A stretch of DNA of 64,000 nucleotides from Candidatus Fimenecus excrementigallinarum (GCA_018714805.1 DVMW01000030.1:1590-65589); one strand, 5' to 3'; shown: positions 18,517 to 27,071, counted from the stretch's first letter. Numbers and translations are program-made. Notes: a model not told the origin generated them from the sequence alone.

Positions 18517-18909
18517 ATGCAGCGTGTTTATGATTTTTTGAAAAAAGCGGAGACGTATTACCTTGCCACAATCGACGGCGACCAGCCGCGGGTCCGCCCG
18601 TTTGGGACGATTCATGCGTTTGAGGGCCGGCTGTATATCCAGACCGGCAAAGCAAAGCCCGTCAGCCGCCAGATTGCCGCAAATCCGAAGGTCGAGCTCT
18701 GCGCCTTTCGGGACGGGACGTGGCTGCGCGTCGCCTGCGAGCTGGTCGAGGACGACCGCGCAGAAGCGCGCAAGGCGATGCTCGACGCGTACCCGGACCT
18801 GCGCGCGATGTATGACGAAAACGACGGCAACACGCAGGTGTTCTATATGCAAAATGCGACGGCGACCATCAGCTCGTTCACAAGCGCCCCCGTCGTCATT
18901 CGGTTTTAA
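18517..18909 (+). CDS. pyridoxamine 5'-phosphate oxidase-family (FMN-binding split barrel) protein
   Basis: Internal ATG 18517 (AGGAGGGAG RBS) of ORF 18472-18909 (130 aa). YYLATIDGDQPRVRPFG and VELCAF are typical of the family. Confidence 0.7.
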   Translation: MQRVYDFLKKAETYYLATIDGDQPRVRPFGTIHAFEGRLYIQTGKAKPVSRQIAANPKVELCAFRDGTWLRVACELVEDDRAEARKAMLDAYPDLRAMYDENDGNTQVFYMQNATATISSFTSAPVVIRF

Positions 18910-18914
18910 CGGCG

Positions 18915-18962
18915 ATGATAAAAATCCTGTTCGTCTGCCACGGCAATATCTGCCGCAGCCCG
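18915..18962 (+). pseudogene. 16-codon N-terminal fragment of a low-molecular-weight phosphatase (LMW-PTP/ArsC-type)
   Basis: ATG 18915 reads MIKILFVCHGNICRSP, the C-X5-R-S P-loop N-terminus. Similarity ends at 18962 and the frame stops about 33 codons later. Confidence 0.5.
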
Positions 18963-19204
18963 TGGACTGCCCCTCTGAAAGAGGGCGCAACTATACACCG
19001 GTCGAGCCGGTGCGTTGCGTCCTGCCGGAAGCCCCTTGCAGGGAGCAGATGATTTCCGCAGATTTTCAATCTGTTCCAATCCTCACAGGGGAAGCTACAC
19101 TTCCCCTGCGCTGGCTGCCGCCAGCTACCCCTTTGTGGACTTGCCGCCCGGAAACACCTTGCGCTGCAAGCTGTTCCCGTTCAGCAAGTTTACAATTTAT
19201 CTAT

Positions 19205-19232
19205 TTCAAAGCAAGGCTGCTCGTAGTATAAT
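19205..19232 (+). promoter_or_regulatory. promoter of the AT-rich cassette
   Basis: TTCAAA 19205-19210, 16-nt spacer, TATAAT 19227-19232. AAGGAG RBS before ATG 19270. Confidence 0.5.
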
Positions 19233-19269
19233 AAAGTCAATGACGAACACTATCTAAGGAGATGTTTTT

Positions 19270-19623
19270 ATGTATGGATTGCTTGTTTTGAATTTCATCA
19301 TACCTTTTGTAATGGTTTTTGTAGGATATATCTTAAAGAAGCACCCGGTAAAAGATATGACATCAGGTAACGGATACAATACGCCTACATCCCGGAAATC
19401 ACAAGAGCATTGGGATTATGCACAAAGCATAGCGCCTAATATTTTTATTGGTACTGGCAAAACATTAGGTTTGGTAGAAATCGTTTTGTGTATATCCTTA
19501 CTTCTTCTTAATATTTCCGCACAGTTTACCGTATTCGCAGGAGTAGTCGTTGGAATTATTTTTCTGATTTTTGGGTTTTATAAAACAGAAACAGGGATTA
19601 CAAGTAAATTTGCGAACAAATAG
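19270..19623 (+). CDS. small four-helix membrane protein, SdpI/YhfL-like (immunity-protein family)
   Basis: ORF track, 117 aa, in a visibly AT-rich region. The GNGYNTPTSRKSQEHWDYAQ loop resembles the SdpI-family N..G.RT..S..S.E.W motif (recalled). Confidence 0.55.
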   Translation: MYGLLVLNFIIPFVMVFVGYILKKHPVKDMTSGNGYNTPTSRKSQEHWDYAQSIAPNIFIGTGKTLGLVEIVLCISLLLLNISAQFTVFAGVVVGIIFLIFGFYKTETGITSKFANK

Positions 19624-19695
19624 CTTTCCATCTTCGGGCCAACATGACCCGAACTTTCAAAACTGAATACCCGCCGCTCACACAGCGGCACACCG

Positions 19696-19732
19696 AGCAG
19701 GAAATCATGGAACGGTTTCCTGCTTTTTCTTT
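19696..19732 (+). terminator. rho-independent terminator after the SdpI-like gene
   Basis: 9-bp stem AGCAGGAAA (19696-19704) pairs with TTTCCTGCT (19716-19724). 11-nt loop, then TTTTCTTT. Confidence 0.6.
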
Positions 19733-19768
19733 GCCCGGACGCCGGGAGAAAGGAGGCCACAATCCGTC

Positions 19769-19951
19769 ATGCCACCATGCCCGCACTTTGACTTAAAAAT
19801 CGTCCAGCGCAGCAAGCGCCAGTCAGCCGTCGCTGCCGCCGCCTACCAGAGCGGGGAACGGCTGTTTTCCGAATACGACCGGAAACAGAAATACTATTCC
19901 CATAAAAGCGAAATCGTCCATACCGAAATCATGCTGCCGCCCCGCGCCCCG
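19769..19951 (+). pseudogene. truncated MobA/MobL (MOBQ) relaxase, N-terminal ~61 codons only
   Basis: ORF 19769-20125 begins ..HFDLKIVQRSKRQSAVAAAAYQSGERLFSEYDRKQKYYSHKSEIVHTEIMLPPRAP, the conserved relaxase N-terminus. The remainder is Pro/Arg-rich nonsense and lacks the His-triad motif. Confidence 0.6.
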
Positions 19952-20130
19952 CCCGCGCCGCACAATTTACCGCTCCCGGCGCGATGCTTGTTCGCTCCGG
20001 GGAAGCCGTCCGCCTGTAACCCGCCGTTTCGCACGCCTTGCAAAAAAACGTCCGCGCCCCTTGCGGTCCCCGGGGGATACCACCCGAGCGTTCCGAATCG
20101 CACCTTCGAAACCACACGTTCATAAAACCA

Positions 20131-20172
20131 AAACCTCCTTTGGTACGTCGACGGTATCGCAGGAGGTTTTTT
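20131..20172 (+). terminator. hairpin plus T-run
   Basis: AAACCTCCT (20131-20139) pairs with AGGAGGTTT (20161-20169), followed by TTT. The 21-nt loop is large. Confidence 0.45.
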
Positions 20173-20284
20173 GCGCGGCGTTTCACCCAATTTTTCCGGA
20201 AAGCGGCAGGTTTGGGTAGATTTTCCGCGGGGGCTATGGTACAATAACAAAAAGCCCGCCTGTCAAAAAAACATCGGAAAGGGG

Positions 20285-21931
20285 ATGGACGCCATGCTGA
20301 AAAAAGGATTGGCCGCCGCGCTGGCGCTTACGTGCCTGCTGCTGTCCCTTTCCGGCTGCCTGGGACAAATGCAGGCGGACGCCGCCTTTTCCATTGCGAT
20401 TACCGACGAGCCCGACAGCCTCGACCCGCAAATCGCTGACAGCGACGCCGAGCGGCTCGCGGCGGTCAACTGCTACGAGGGGCTGATGGCGGTCGATGAA
20501 AACGGCGCGTTGCTGCCGGGCGTGGCCGAGAGCTATACGGTCTCTCCCGACGGGCTTGTCTATACGTTCAAGCTGCGGCAGGATACGCATTGGGCGATGT
20601 TTTCCGGCCATGAGGACCTGCTCGGGGAAAATTTCCGGGACAGCTATGACAGCACCGTCTGCGCCGCCGACTTTGTGTTCGGCCTGCGGCGCGCGGTCGA
20701 CCCGCAGACCGGCGCGCCGGACGCGTACCTGCTCACGGCCATTGCCGGCGCGCAGGAGATTCTGGCGGGACGCGCCGCGGTGTCCACACTCGGCGTGGAA
20801 GCGCCGGACGCCTTTACCGTGCGCATCACGCTCGCGCAGAAGGACGACAATTTCCTGTATGCGCTGACCTCTCCCGCCGCCATGCCGTGCGACGAGGAAT
20901 TTTTCGTCCTGACCGGCGGACGGTACGGCCTGGAACCCGGCCTGACGCTCTGCAACGGCCCGTTCCATGTTTCCCGCTGGACGCAGGAAACCTCCATCCG
21001 CCTGACGCGCAACGACGACTATGTCGGCGCGCGGGAGGTCAAGCCCGCCACGGTGACGCTGTCCTTCCTTGCGGACTTGCAGGAGCTTCCGACACGCATG
21101 GAAAACGGCAGCTACGACGCCGCCTTCCTGACGCAGGCGCAGTTTGCCGCCCTGGAGGACACCTCGGCGCTGACGTCGCAGCCGCTCGAAAACATCACGC
21201 TGGCGTTTTTGTTCAACCGTTCCTCCGGCGCGCTGCAAAACGAAAATCTGCGCAAGGCGCTGGCGCTCTCCCTTTCGCCCGACCGCGTTTCGGCGCTTGC
21301 GGCGGACGCAGCGCCCGCCGCGGGGATTGTCCCGCCGTACTGCGCCATCGGGGAGAACGCGTACCGGACGGCGCGCGGCGCGGCGTCCGCCTTAGGCTAT
21401 GACGAAAGCGCGGCGCGCGCGTGCTTTGACGAGGCGCTTTTGGAGCTCGGCGCTTCCTCGGTGGAGCTGGAAATTTTGTGCGACGAGGCCTATGCCGAAT
21501 TTGCGCGGCAGGTCGTCCAGGGCTGGCAGCGCGCGCTGGGGGTCAAGTTTGTCGCCACGGTCCGCGCGGAAGACGGCGCGATGTTCGAAGCGGCTTACCG
21601 GGACGGCAACTACACCGTTGCGCTGTACCCGATTCACGCGTCCTCCGCGTCGACCGCCGGCTTTTTGGAAAGCTTCCGGGACAGCGCCCTGCTCGGCGGC
21701 GTGACGGATACGGCCTACAACGCGCTTTTGGACCGCGTCCACGCGAGCGCCGGCGATTTTTCCGCGCTGCAAACCGCCGCGGCGGCGGCCGAGGATTATC
21801 TGCTGCAGCACGCCGTCTTGCTGCCGGTCACCTATTTGCAAAGCTGCTTTGTGACGAACGCGGACACGTCCGGCATCTATTTTTATTCATCGGAAAGCTA
21901 TGTGTACTTTATCAACGCGCTTAAAAAATAA
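20285..21931 (+). CDS. ABC transporter substrate-binding lipoprotein, family 5 (peptide/nickel type)
   Basis: Internal ATG 20285 of ORF 20171-21931 (548 aa). Lipobox LLLSLSGC. Family-5 SBP features such as TDEPDSLDPQ and VTLSFL. Confidence 0.8.
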   Translation: MDAMLKKGLAAALALTCLLLSLSGCLGQMQADAAFSIAITDEPDSLDPQIADSDAERLAAVNCYEGLMAVDENGALLPGVAESYTVSPDGLVYTFKLRQDTHWAMFSGHEDLLGENFRDSYDSTVCAADFVFGLRRAVDPQTGAPDAYLLTAIAGAQEILAGRAAVSTLGVEAPDAFTVRITLAQKDDNFLYALTSPAAMPCDEEFFVLTGGRYGLEPGLTLCNGPFHVSRWTQETSIRLTRNDDYVGAREVKPATVTLSFLADLQELPTRMENGSYDAAFLTQAQFAALEDTSALTSQPLENITLAFLFNRSSGALQNENLRKALALSLSPDRVSALAADAAPAAGIVPPYCAIGENAYRTARGAASALGYDESAARACFDEALLELGASSVELEILCDEAYAEFARQVVQGWQRALGVKFVATVRAEDGAMFEAAYRDGNYTVALYPIHASSASTAGFLESFRDSALLGGVTDTAYNALLDRVHASAGDFSALQTAAAAAEDYLLQHAVLLPVTYLQSCFVTNADTSGIYFYSSESYVYFINALKK

Positions 21932-22376
21932 ACGGTTTTGGGTGCTGCTTGTCTCCTGGGCGGCGGCAGCCGCGTGCGCCGCCGTTATTTTCTCCCTGTC
22001 CGGCGAGACCGCCGAGCTGTCCTCGGCGCGCAGCAGCGGGGTGCTCGCTTTGCTGCTGGAGCGGTTCGGGCTGGAGCTTTCCTCCCATTTTGTTCGCAAA
22101 ACGGCGCACGCGCTGGAATACTGCGGGCTTGCCCTGCTGCTTTCCAACGCCTATTTTCAGACCTTTTGCGCGCAGAAGCCGCTGCTCGCCTTCCTGTCTG
22201 CGGCGCTGTATGCGTGTACAGATGAAATACACCAGTATTTTGTCGCCGGGCGCGCCTGCCTGCTGCGCGACGTCGCCGTCGATGCGCTCGGTGCGGCGGC
22301 CGGGGTGCTTTGCGCGGCGGTTCTGATTTTCGTTTGTCGGCAAATTCGAATTCGATATATGGAAAAGCGAGGATAA
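21900..22376 (+). CDS. VanZ-family membrane protein
   Basis: ORF track, 158 aa. HFVRKTAHALEYCGLALLL and DEIHQYFVAGR blocks are typical of VanZ-like proteins. The start is uncertain because it overlaps the SBP 3' end. Confidence 0.65.
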   Translation: MCTLSTRLKNKRFWVLLVSWAAAAACAAVIFSLSGETAELSSARSSGVLALLLERFGLELSSHFVRKTAHALEYCGLALLLSNAYFQTFCAQKPLLAFLSAALYACTDEIHQYFVAGRACLLRDVAVDALGAAAGVLCAAVLIFVCRQIRIRYMEKRG

Positions 22377-22379
22377 ACT

Positions 22380-23627
22380 ATGGCAGTTTTCAAACCCTTT
22401 CGTGCCTATCGCCCGACGGCGGCATATGCCGACAAGGTTGCGGCGCTTCCCTACGACGTGATGAATTCCGACGAAGCCCGCCGCGCCGCGTTCGGCAATC
22501 CCTATTCCTTCCTGCACGTGGACAAAGCGGAGATTGACCTGCCCAAAACCGTCGGCCTTTACGACGACCGCGTTTACGAAAAGGCGGCGGAAAATCTCAG
22601 CAAGCTCATTTCCGCCGACGTGCTGGTGCAGGATGCAAAGCCCTGCTTCTACATTTACGCGCAAACGCGGCTCGGCCGGGTGCAGACCGGGCTTGTCGGC
22701 TGCGCCTCGGTCGACGATTACCTGCAAAACGTCATCAAAAAGCACGAGCTCACGCGCGCGGACAAGGAGGCGGACCGCATCCGCCACGTCGACACGCTCG
22801 ACGCGAACACGGGGCCCATTTTCCTGACCTACCGCGGCGTTCCCGCCGTTACCGAAATGCTGGAGGCTTACAAGCAGGCGCACGATGCGGTCTATGATTT
22901 CACGGCCGACGGCGTCCGCCAGCAGGTCTGGGTTGTGGCGGACGACGCCGTGACGGACGCGCTCGCCGCGCAGCTTGCCGCCGTGCCCGCGCTGTATATC
23001 GCCGACGGGCACCACCGCGCCGCCTCTGCGGTCCGGGTTGCCGAAATGCGCCGCGAGGCGCACCCGGATTACACCGGGCGCGAGGAATTCAATTTCTTTC
23101 TGTCTGTTCTGTTCCCGGCCGAGGAGCTGGAGATTCTCGATTATAACCGCGTCATCCGCGACCTCGGCGGCCTTTCGCCGGCGGCGTTTCTGGAAAAGCT
23201 GGAGGCGGATTTCACGGTGGAAAAAGCGCCCGCCGACAGCCCCGCGCCGCCGCGCCGCCACACCTTCAGCCTGTATCTTGCGGGCACGTGGTACGCGCTT
23301 GCCCTCAAGGACGGCCGAGCGGATGAGGCCGACCCCGTTCAGGCGCTGGACGTGTCGATTCTGCAAAACCTGGTCATCGGGCCGGTTCTGGGCATCGACG
23401 ACCCGCGTCGCAGCGACCGGATTGATTTCGTCGGCGGCATTCGCGGCCTTTCGGAGCTTGCGCGCCGCGTCGACGGCGGGGAAGCGGCGGCGTTCGCCAT
23501 GTTCCCGACTTCGCTTACGGAATTGCTCGCCATTGCCGATGCGGGCCGGATTATGCCGCCGAAATCCACCTGGTTCGAGCCGAAGCTCTTAAGCGGGCTG
23601 TTCATCCATAAGCTGTCCGACCGGTAA
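22380..23627 (+). CDS. DUF1015-family protein
   Basis: ORF track, 415 aa. FKPFRAYRP N-terminus and YIADGHHR block are characteristic of DUF1015. Confidence 0.8.
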   Translation: MAVFKPFRAYRPTAAYADKVAALPYDVMNSDEARRAAFGNPYSFLHVDKAEIDLPKTVGLYDDRVYEKAAENLSKLISADVLVQDAKPCFYIYAQTRLGRVQTGLVGCASVDDYLQNVIKKHELTRADKEADRIRHVDTLDANTGPIFLTYRGVPAVTEMLEAYKQAHDAVYDFTADGVRQQVWVVADDAVTDALAAQLAAVPALYIADGHHRAASAVRVAEMRREAHPDYTGREEFNFFLSVLFPAEELEILDYNRVIRDLGGLSPAAFLEKLEADFTVEKAPADSPAPPRRHTFSLYLAGTWYALALKDGRADEADPVQALDVSILQNLVIGPVLGIDDPRRSDRIDFVGGIRGLSELARRVDGGEAAAFAMFPTSLTELLAIADAGRIMPPKSTWFEPKLLSGLFIHKLSDR

Positions 23628-23731
23628 ATCGCGCAGGCAGGCCGCAAAAATGTGATTATTCAGCACAATTTCACATCTCGCGTGTATTATCGATTATAAT
23701 GACCGTATAGTACATAGCGAGGGTGAACGCC

Positions 23732-24130
23732 ATGATGAAGAATCCTGAGCTCGCGCGGCAGATGCGTGCGCTTCGCACAATTAACCATTACACGCAGCAG
23801 CAGATTGCCGACCTTTTGAATATCGACCGAACCACGTACACGTCCTATGAGATTTCCAAAAATACGCCGGACGTCATGCTGCTCGACGCGTTCGCCCGCA
23901 TTTTCCATGTGGACGTGGATTTCATTCTCCATGCCGACACGCAGAACGTGGAAAAGCTGCGCGACGCGGTAGAGACCTACGGCGAGGAGCATAAAACGTG
24001 CTCGATTGTTTCGCAGCTTGAAAAGGATGAGCGGCTGCTGATTGCGAACTACCGCCTTTTGTCCGAGGAGGACAAGGCGAAGGTGCGCGCCCTGGCGGAA
24101 AGCTGCAATCCGATGCAGGATGCAAAATAG
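23732..24130 (+). CDS. XRE-family helix-turn-helix transcriptional regulator
   Basis: ORF track 23723-24130 uses a GTG start. ATG 23732 is better spaced from GAGGG at 23718-22. YTQQQIADLLNIDRTTYTSYE is a Cro/C1 HTH. Confidence 0.75.
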   Translation: MMKNPELARQMRALRTINHYTQQQIADLLNIDRTTYTSYEISKNTPDVMLLDAFARIFHVDVDFILHADTQNVEKLRDAVETYGEEHKTCSIVSQLEKDERLLIANYRLLSEEDKAKVRALAESCNPMQDAK

Positions 24131-24146
24131 ACTGGGTTCCAAGCAG

Positions 24147-24174
24147 GCGGCCGGTGCTCCGGCCGCTTTTTTTT
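24147..24174 (+). terminator. rho-independent terminator
   Basis: GCGGCCGG (24147-54), TGCT loop, CCGGCCGC (24159-66), T8 run. Confidence 0.8.
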
Positions 24175-24197
24175 GCGGCTTTGCGGCCGCCTTCCGG

Positions 24198-24226
24198 TTG
24201 ACACTGCGGCGGGAAATGGGTACAAT
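24198..24226 (+). promoter_or_regulatory. candidate promoter of the flavoprotein pair
   Basis: TTGACA 24198-24203, 17-nt spacer, TACAAT 24221-24226. Confidence 0.55.
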
Positions 24227-24255
24227 AAACGCAAAAAGGAAAAGGGGGCAGCGGT

Positions 24256-25494
24256 ATGCGAAAAATCGCCGTCGTCGGGGGCGGTGCGTCCGGCTTTGCG
24301 GCCGCCATTGCGGCGGCGCGCGTCGGGGGCGTGCGCGTCACAATATACGAACGGCTCCAAAAGCCGCTGAAAAAGCTGCTGGCGACCGGCAACGGCCGCT
24401 GCAACCTGACCAACCGCATCGCGGCCCCGGACGCGTACCGCGGCGACGCGCGCTTTGCGGCGCCTGCGCTGCGCCGGTTTCCGCCGGAGGATACGCTGGC
24501 GTTTTTTTACTCGATGGGCCTTTGCACCAAAACCGAGGCGCTCGGGCGTGTCTATCCGCTGTCCGGGCAGGCTTCCTCTGTGCGCGACGTGCTGCTTGAG
24601 GAGGCGCGGCGTCTTTCCGTCGAGGTCGTGACCGACTGCGAGGTGACGCGCGTCCGCCCGGAAAACGGCGGCTTTTTGCTCAATGAAGCCTATCGCTGCG
24701 ACGCGCTCGTGCTTGCGGTGGGCGGAAGCGCCGCCCCGCAGCACGGGACCGACGGCGGGGCGTTCCGGCTGCTGCGCGCGCTCGGCCTGCCGGTGGTCGA
24801 GCCGCAGCCCGCGCTGACGGCGCTTGTGTGCCGCAATTTCCCCAAAAATGTAAAGGGCGTGCGCTGTGACTGTGGTGTGCGGCTGTTTGCCGGCGGGCGG
24901 CTGCTGTATGAGACCGCGGGCGAGGTGCAGTTTACGGAATACGGCCTGTCCGGCATCCCCGTTTTCTCGCTGTCCCGGTACGTGCCCGCAAAGCAGGAGG
25001 CGGTCGTCGCGCTCAACTGCGTGCCGGCGCTGTCCCGGGAGGCCCTGCTCGCCTTCCTGCGCGCCGCCGCGCAAAATACGCCACAAAAGCCCGCGGGCCT
25101 GCTCGCCGCGGGCCTGGTGCCGCAGGCGCTCGGGGACTTCCTGCTTTTGCAAAGCGGGATTCGCAAGGACGAGCCCGTAGGCGCGCTGCACGAGAGCCGG
25201 CTTTTGCGGCTTGCAAAAACGCTGCAGGACGCGCGGTTTACGGTCGAACGTCCGCGCGGGTTCGATTTTGCCCAGGTCACGGCGGGCGGCGCGGACTGCG
25301 CCGCGTTCTCGCCGGAAACGATGGAAGCGAAGCGATATGCGCATTTGTATGTCTGCGGCGAAACGCTCAATGTGGACGGCGACTGCGGCGGCTATAACCT
25401 GCAATGGGCCTGGTCGTCCGGCCGCGCGGCGGGCGAGGCGGCCGCAAACGCGATGAAAAAGGAGGGGTCGGCGTGCTGCGCATCCGGGAACTGA
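24256..25494 (+). CDS. HI0933/BaiN-like NAD(P)/FAD-dependent oxidoreductase
   Basis: ORF track, 412 aa. IAVVGGGASGFAAAI dinucleotide motif, KLLATGNGRCN, and C-terminal GETLNVDGDCGGYNLQWAW, typical of the HI0933 family. Confidence 0.75.
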   Translation: MRKIAVVGGGASGFAAAIAAARVGGVRVTIYERLQKPLKKLLATGNGRCNLTNRIAAPDAYRGDARFAAPALRRFPPEDTLAFFYSMGLCTKTEALGRVYPLSGQASSVRDVLLEEARRLSVEVVTDCEVTRVRPENGGFLLNEAYRCDALVLAVGGSAAPQHGTDGGAFRLLRALGLPVVEPQPALTALVCRNFPKNVKGVRCDCGVRLFAGGRLLYETAGEVQFTEYGLSGIPVFSLSRYVPAKQEAVVALNCVPALSREALLAFLRAAAQNTPQKPAGLLAAGLVPQALGDFLLLQSGIRKDEPVGALHESRLLRLAKTLQDARFTVERPRGFDFAQVTAGGADCAAFSPETMEAKRYAHLYVCGETLNVDGDCGGYNLQWAWSSGRAAGEAAANAMKKEGSACCASGN

Positions 25495-27071
25495 AGCTGC
25501 CGCTCGAGGCGGACGAACACGACCTGCCGCGTCTGGCGGCCAAAATTCTGCGCGTGCCGGCCGCGGATATCCGGCAGCTTTCCGTTTTCCGAAAATCCCT
25601 TGACTGCCGCAAAAAAGAGAATATCCAATTTATCTATACCGTCGACGTCGAGGTGGACGGCGACGAGGAACGGCTGCTTTCCAGGCTCCACACGAACCGC
25701 GTCGAGCGGGCCGTGCCCTATTCGTACACATTGCCCGAAAACCGGCGGCATACGGACCTGCGGCCGGTCGTGGCGGGCTTTGGCCCGGCGGGGATGTTCG
25801 CCGCGCTTTTCTTAGCGCGCGCCGGGCTGCGGCCCATTGTTCTCGAGCGCGGCAAATGCGTGGAAAAGCGGCAGCACAGCGTGCAGACCTTTTGGCAGAC
25901 GCGCGTGCTGGACCCCAACTCCAACGTCCAGTTCGGCGAGGGCGGCGCCGGGACTTTTTCCGACGGCAAGCTCAACACCGGCACCAAGGATACCCGCCAG
26001 CGCGAGGTGCTGCGGCAGTTTGTCCTGCATGGCGCGCCGCAGGAAATTTTAATCGACGCCAAGCCCCACATCGGCACCGACAGGCTGCCCGGCGTGGTGC
26101 GCGCTTTCCGCGAGGAGATTTTGGCCTTGGGCGGCGAAGTCCGCTTTGAAACGCGGTTCGACGACCTCATCGTTTACAACGGCGCGCTGCAGGGGGTGCG
26201 CGCGACGGACAAAACCGGCCGGTGCCTGGATTTGGAAACCGACGCTTTGGTGCTCGCCGTCGGTCATTCCGCGCGCGACACGGTCGAAATGCTGTACCGG
26301 CGCAAAATCCCCATACAGCAAAAGGCGTTTTCCATCGGCGCGCGCATCGAGCACCGGCAGGAGATGATTGACCGCGCCCAGTACGGCCGCCTTGCCGGCC
26401 ACCCGAAGCTGCGCGCGGCGGATTACAAGCTTGCCTGCCACCCGCCCGGGGGCAGGGGCGCGTATACCTTTTGTATGTGCCCGGGCGGCACGGTCGTCTG
26501 CGCCTCCAGCGAGCCGGGCACGGTCGTGACCAACGGGATGAGCCCCTATCTGCGCGACGGCGAAAACGCAAACGCGGCGCTGCTCGTCGGCGTCGAACCC
26601 GACCAGTTCCCCGGCGACCATCCGCTGGACGGGATGTATTTGCAGCTCGCCATAGAGCAGAACGCCTTCCGGCTCGGCGGCGGCGACTATACCGCGCCGG
26701 CGATGCTCGTCGGCGATTTCCTGCGGGGCAGCCCCTCTGTGCGCCTCGGCGCGGTTACGCCGACCTGCCCGACCGGCGTGCGGCTTGCGGACCTCTCTGC
26801 GCTGCTGCCCGCGCGCGTGACGGAGACGATGCGCGCGGCCATTGTCAAAATGGACCGGATGCTGGAGGGCTTTGCCTTCCCCGAGGCGGTCCTGACCGCT
26901 CCGGAAACGCGCTCCTCCTCCCCGGTGCGCATTGTCCGCGACGAATTTTTCCAAAGCACCGTAAACGGCCTGTTCCCCTGCGGCGAGGGCGCGGGGTACG
27001 CGGGCGGCATTGTCTCCGCCGCTGTCGACGGCATCAAATGCGCCGAGGCGGTCCTGCGCGACGAACATTGA
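25473..27071 (+). CDS. FAD-dependent protein (COG2509-like)
   Basis: GTG 25473 follows AAAAAGGAGGGG, inside ORF 25404-27071 (532 aa). VAGFGPAGMFAAL FAD motif, FCMCPGG, CGEGAGYAGGI. Overlaps the upstream gene by 22 nt. Confidence 0.7.
   Translation: MLRIRELKLPLEADEHDLPRLAAKILRVPAADIRQLSVFRKSLDCRKKENIQFIYTVDVEVDGDEERLLSRLHTNRVERAVPYSYTLPENRRHTDLRPVVAGFGPAGMFAALFLARAGLRPIVLERGKCVEKRQHSVQTFWQTRVLDPNSNVQFGEGGAGTFSDGKLNTGTKDTRQREVLRQFVLHGAPQEILIDAKPHIGTDRLPGVVRAFREEILALGGEVRFETRFDDLIVYNGALQGVRATDKTGRCLDLETDALVLAVGHSARDTVEMLYRRKIPIQQKAFSIGARIEHRQEMIDRAQYGRLAGHPKLRAADYKLACHPPGGRGAYTFCMCPGGTVVCASSEPGTVVTNGMSPYLRDGENANAALLVGVEPDQFPGDHPLDGMYLQLAIEQNAFRLGGGDYTAPAMLVGDFLRGSPSVRLGAVTPTCPTGVRLADLSALLPARVTETMRAAIVKMDRMLEGFAFPEAVLTAPETRSSSPVRIVRDEFFQSTVNGLFPCGEGAGYAGGIVSAAVDGIKCAEAVLRDEH

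Larger units (their letters stand above)
18963..20130. mobile_element. remnant of a mobilisable element (no intact mobility gene)
   Basis: Bounded on the left by the phosphatase break point. Contains an AT-rich cassette (about one-third G+C on hand-counted lines, versus about 63% in the flanks) and a truncated MobA/MobL relaxase N-terminus. The right boundary is uncertain. Confidence 0.45.

Noticed and set aside
19059-19082. A tRNA-like fragment: a stem with the 7-nt loop TTTTCAA (possible UUC anticodon), followed by GTTCCAATCC.
   Set aside because: No T-stem, acceptor stem or D-arm can be built around it, so it is not a functional tRNA gene. I keep it only as possible att-site debris in the findings.
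23651-23675. TGTGA-N15-TCACA upstream of the XRE gene, considered as a CRP/FNR-type site.
   Set aside because: The spacer is 15 nt rather than 6, the arms are only 5 bp, and such matches are expected by chance in an AT-rich promoter region.
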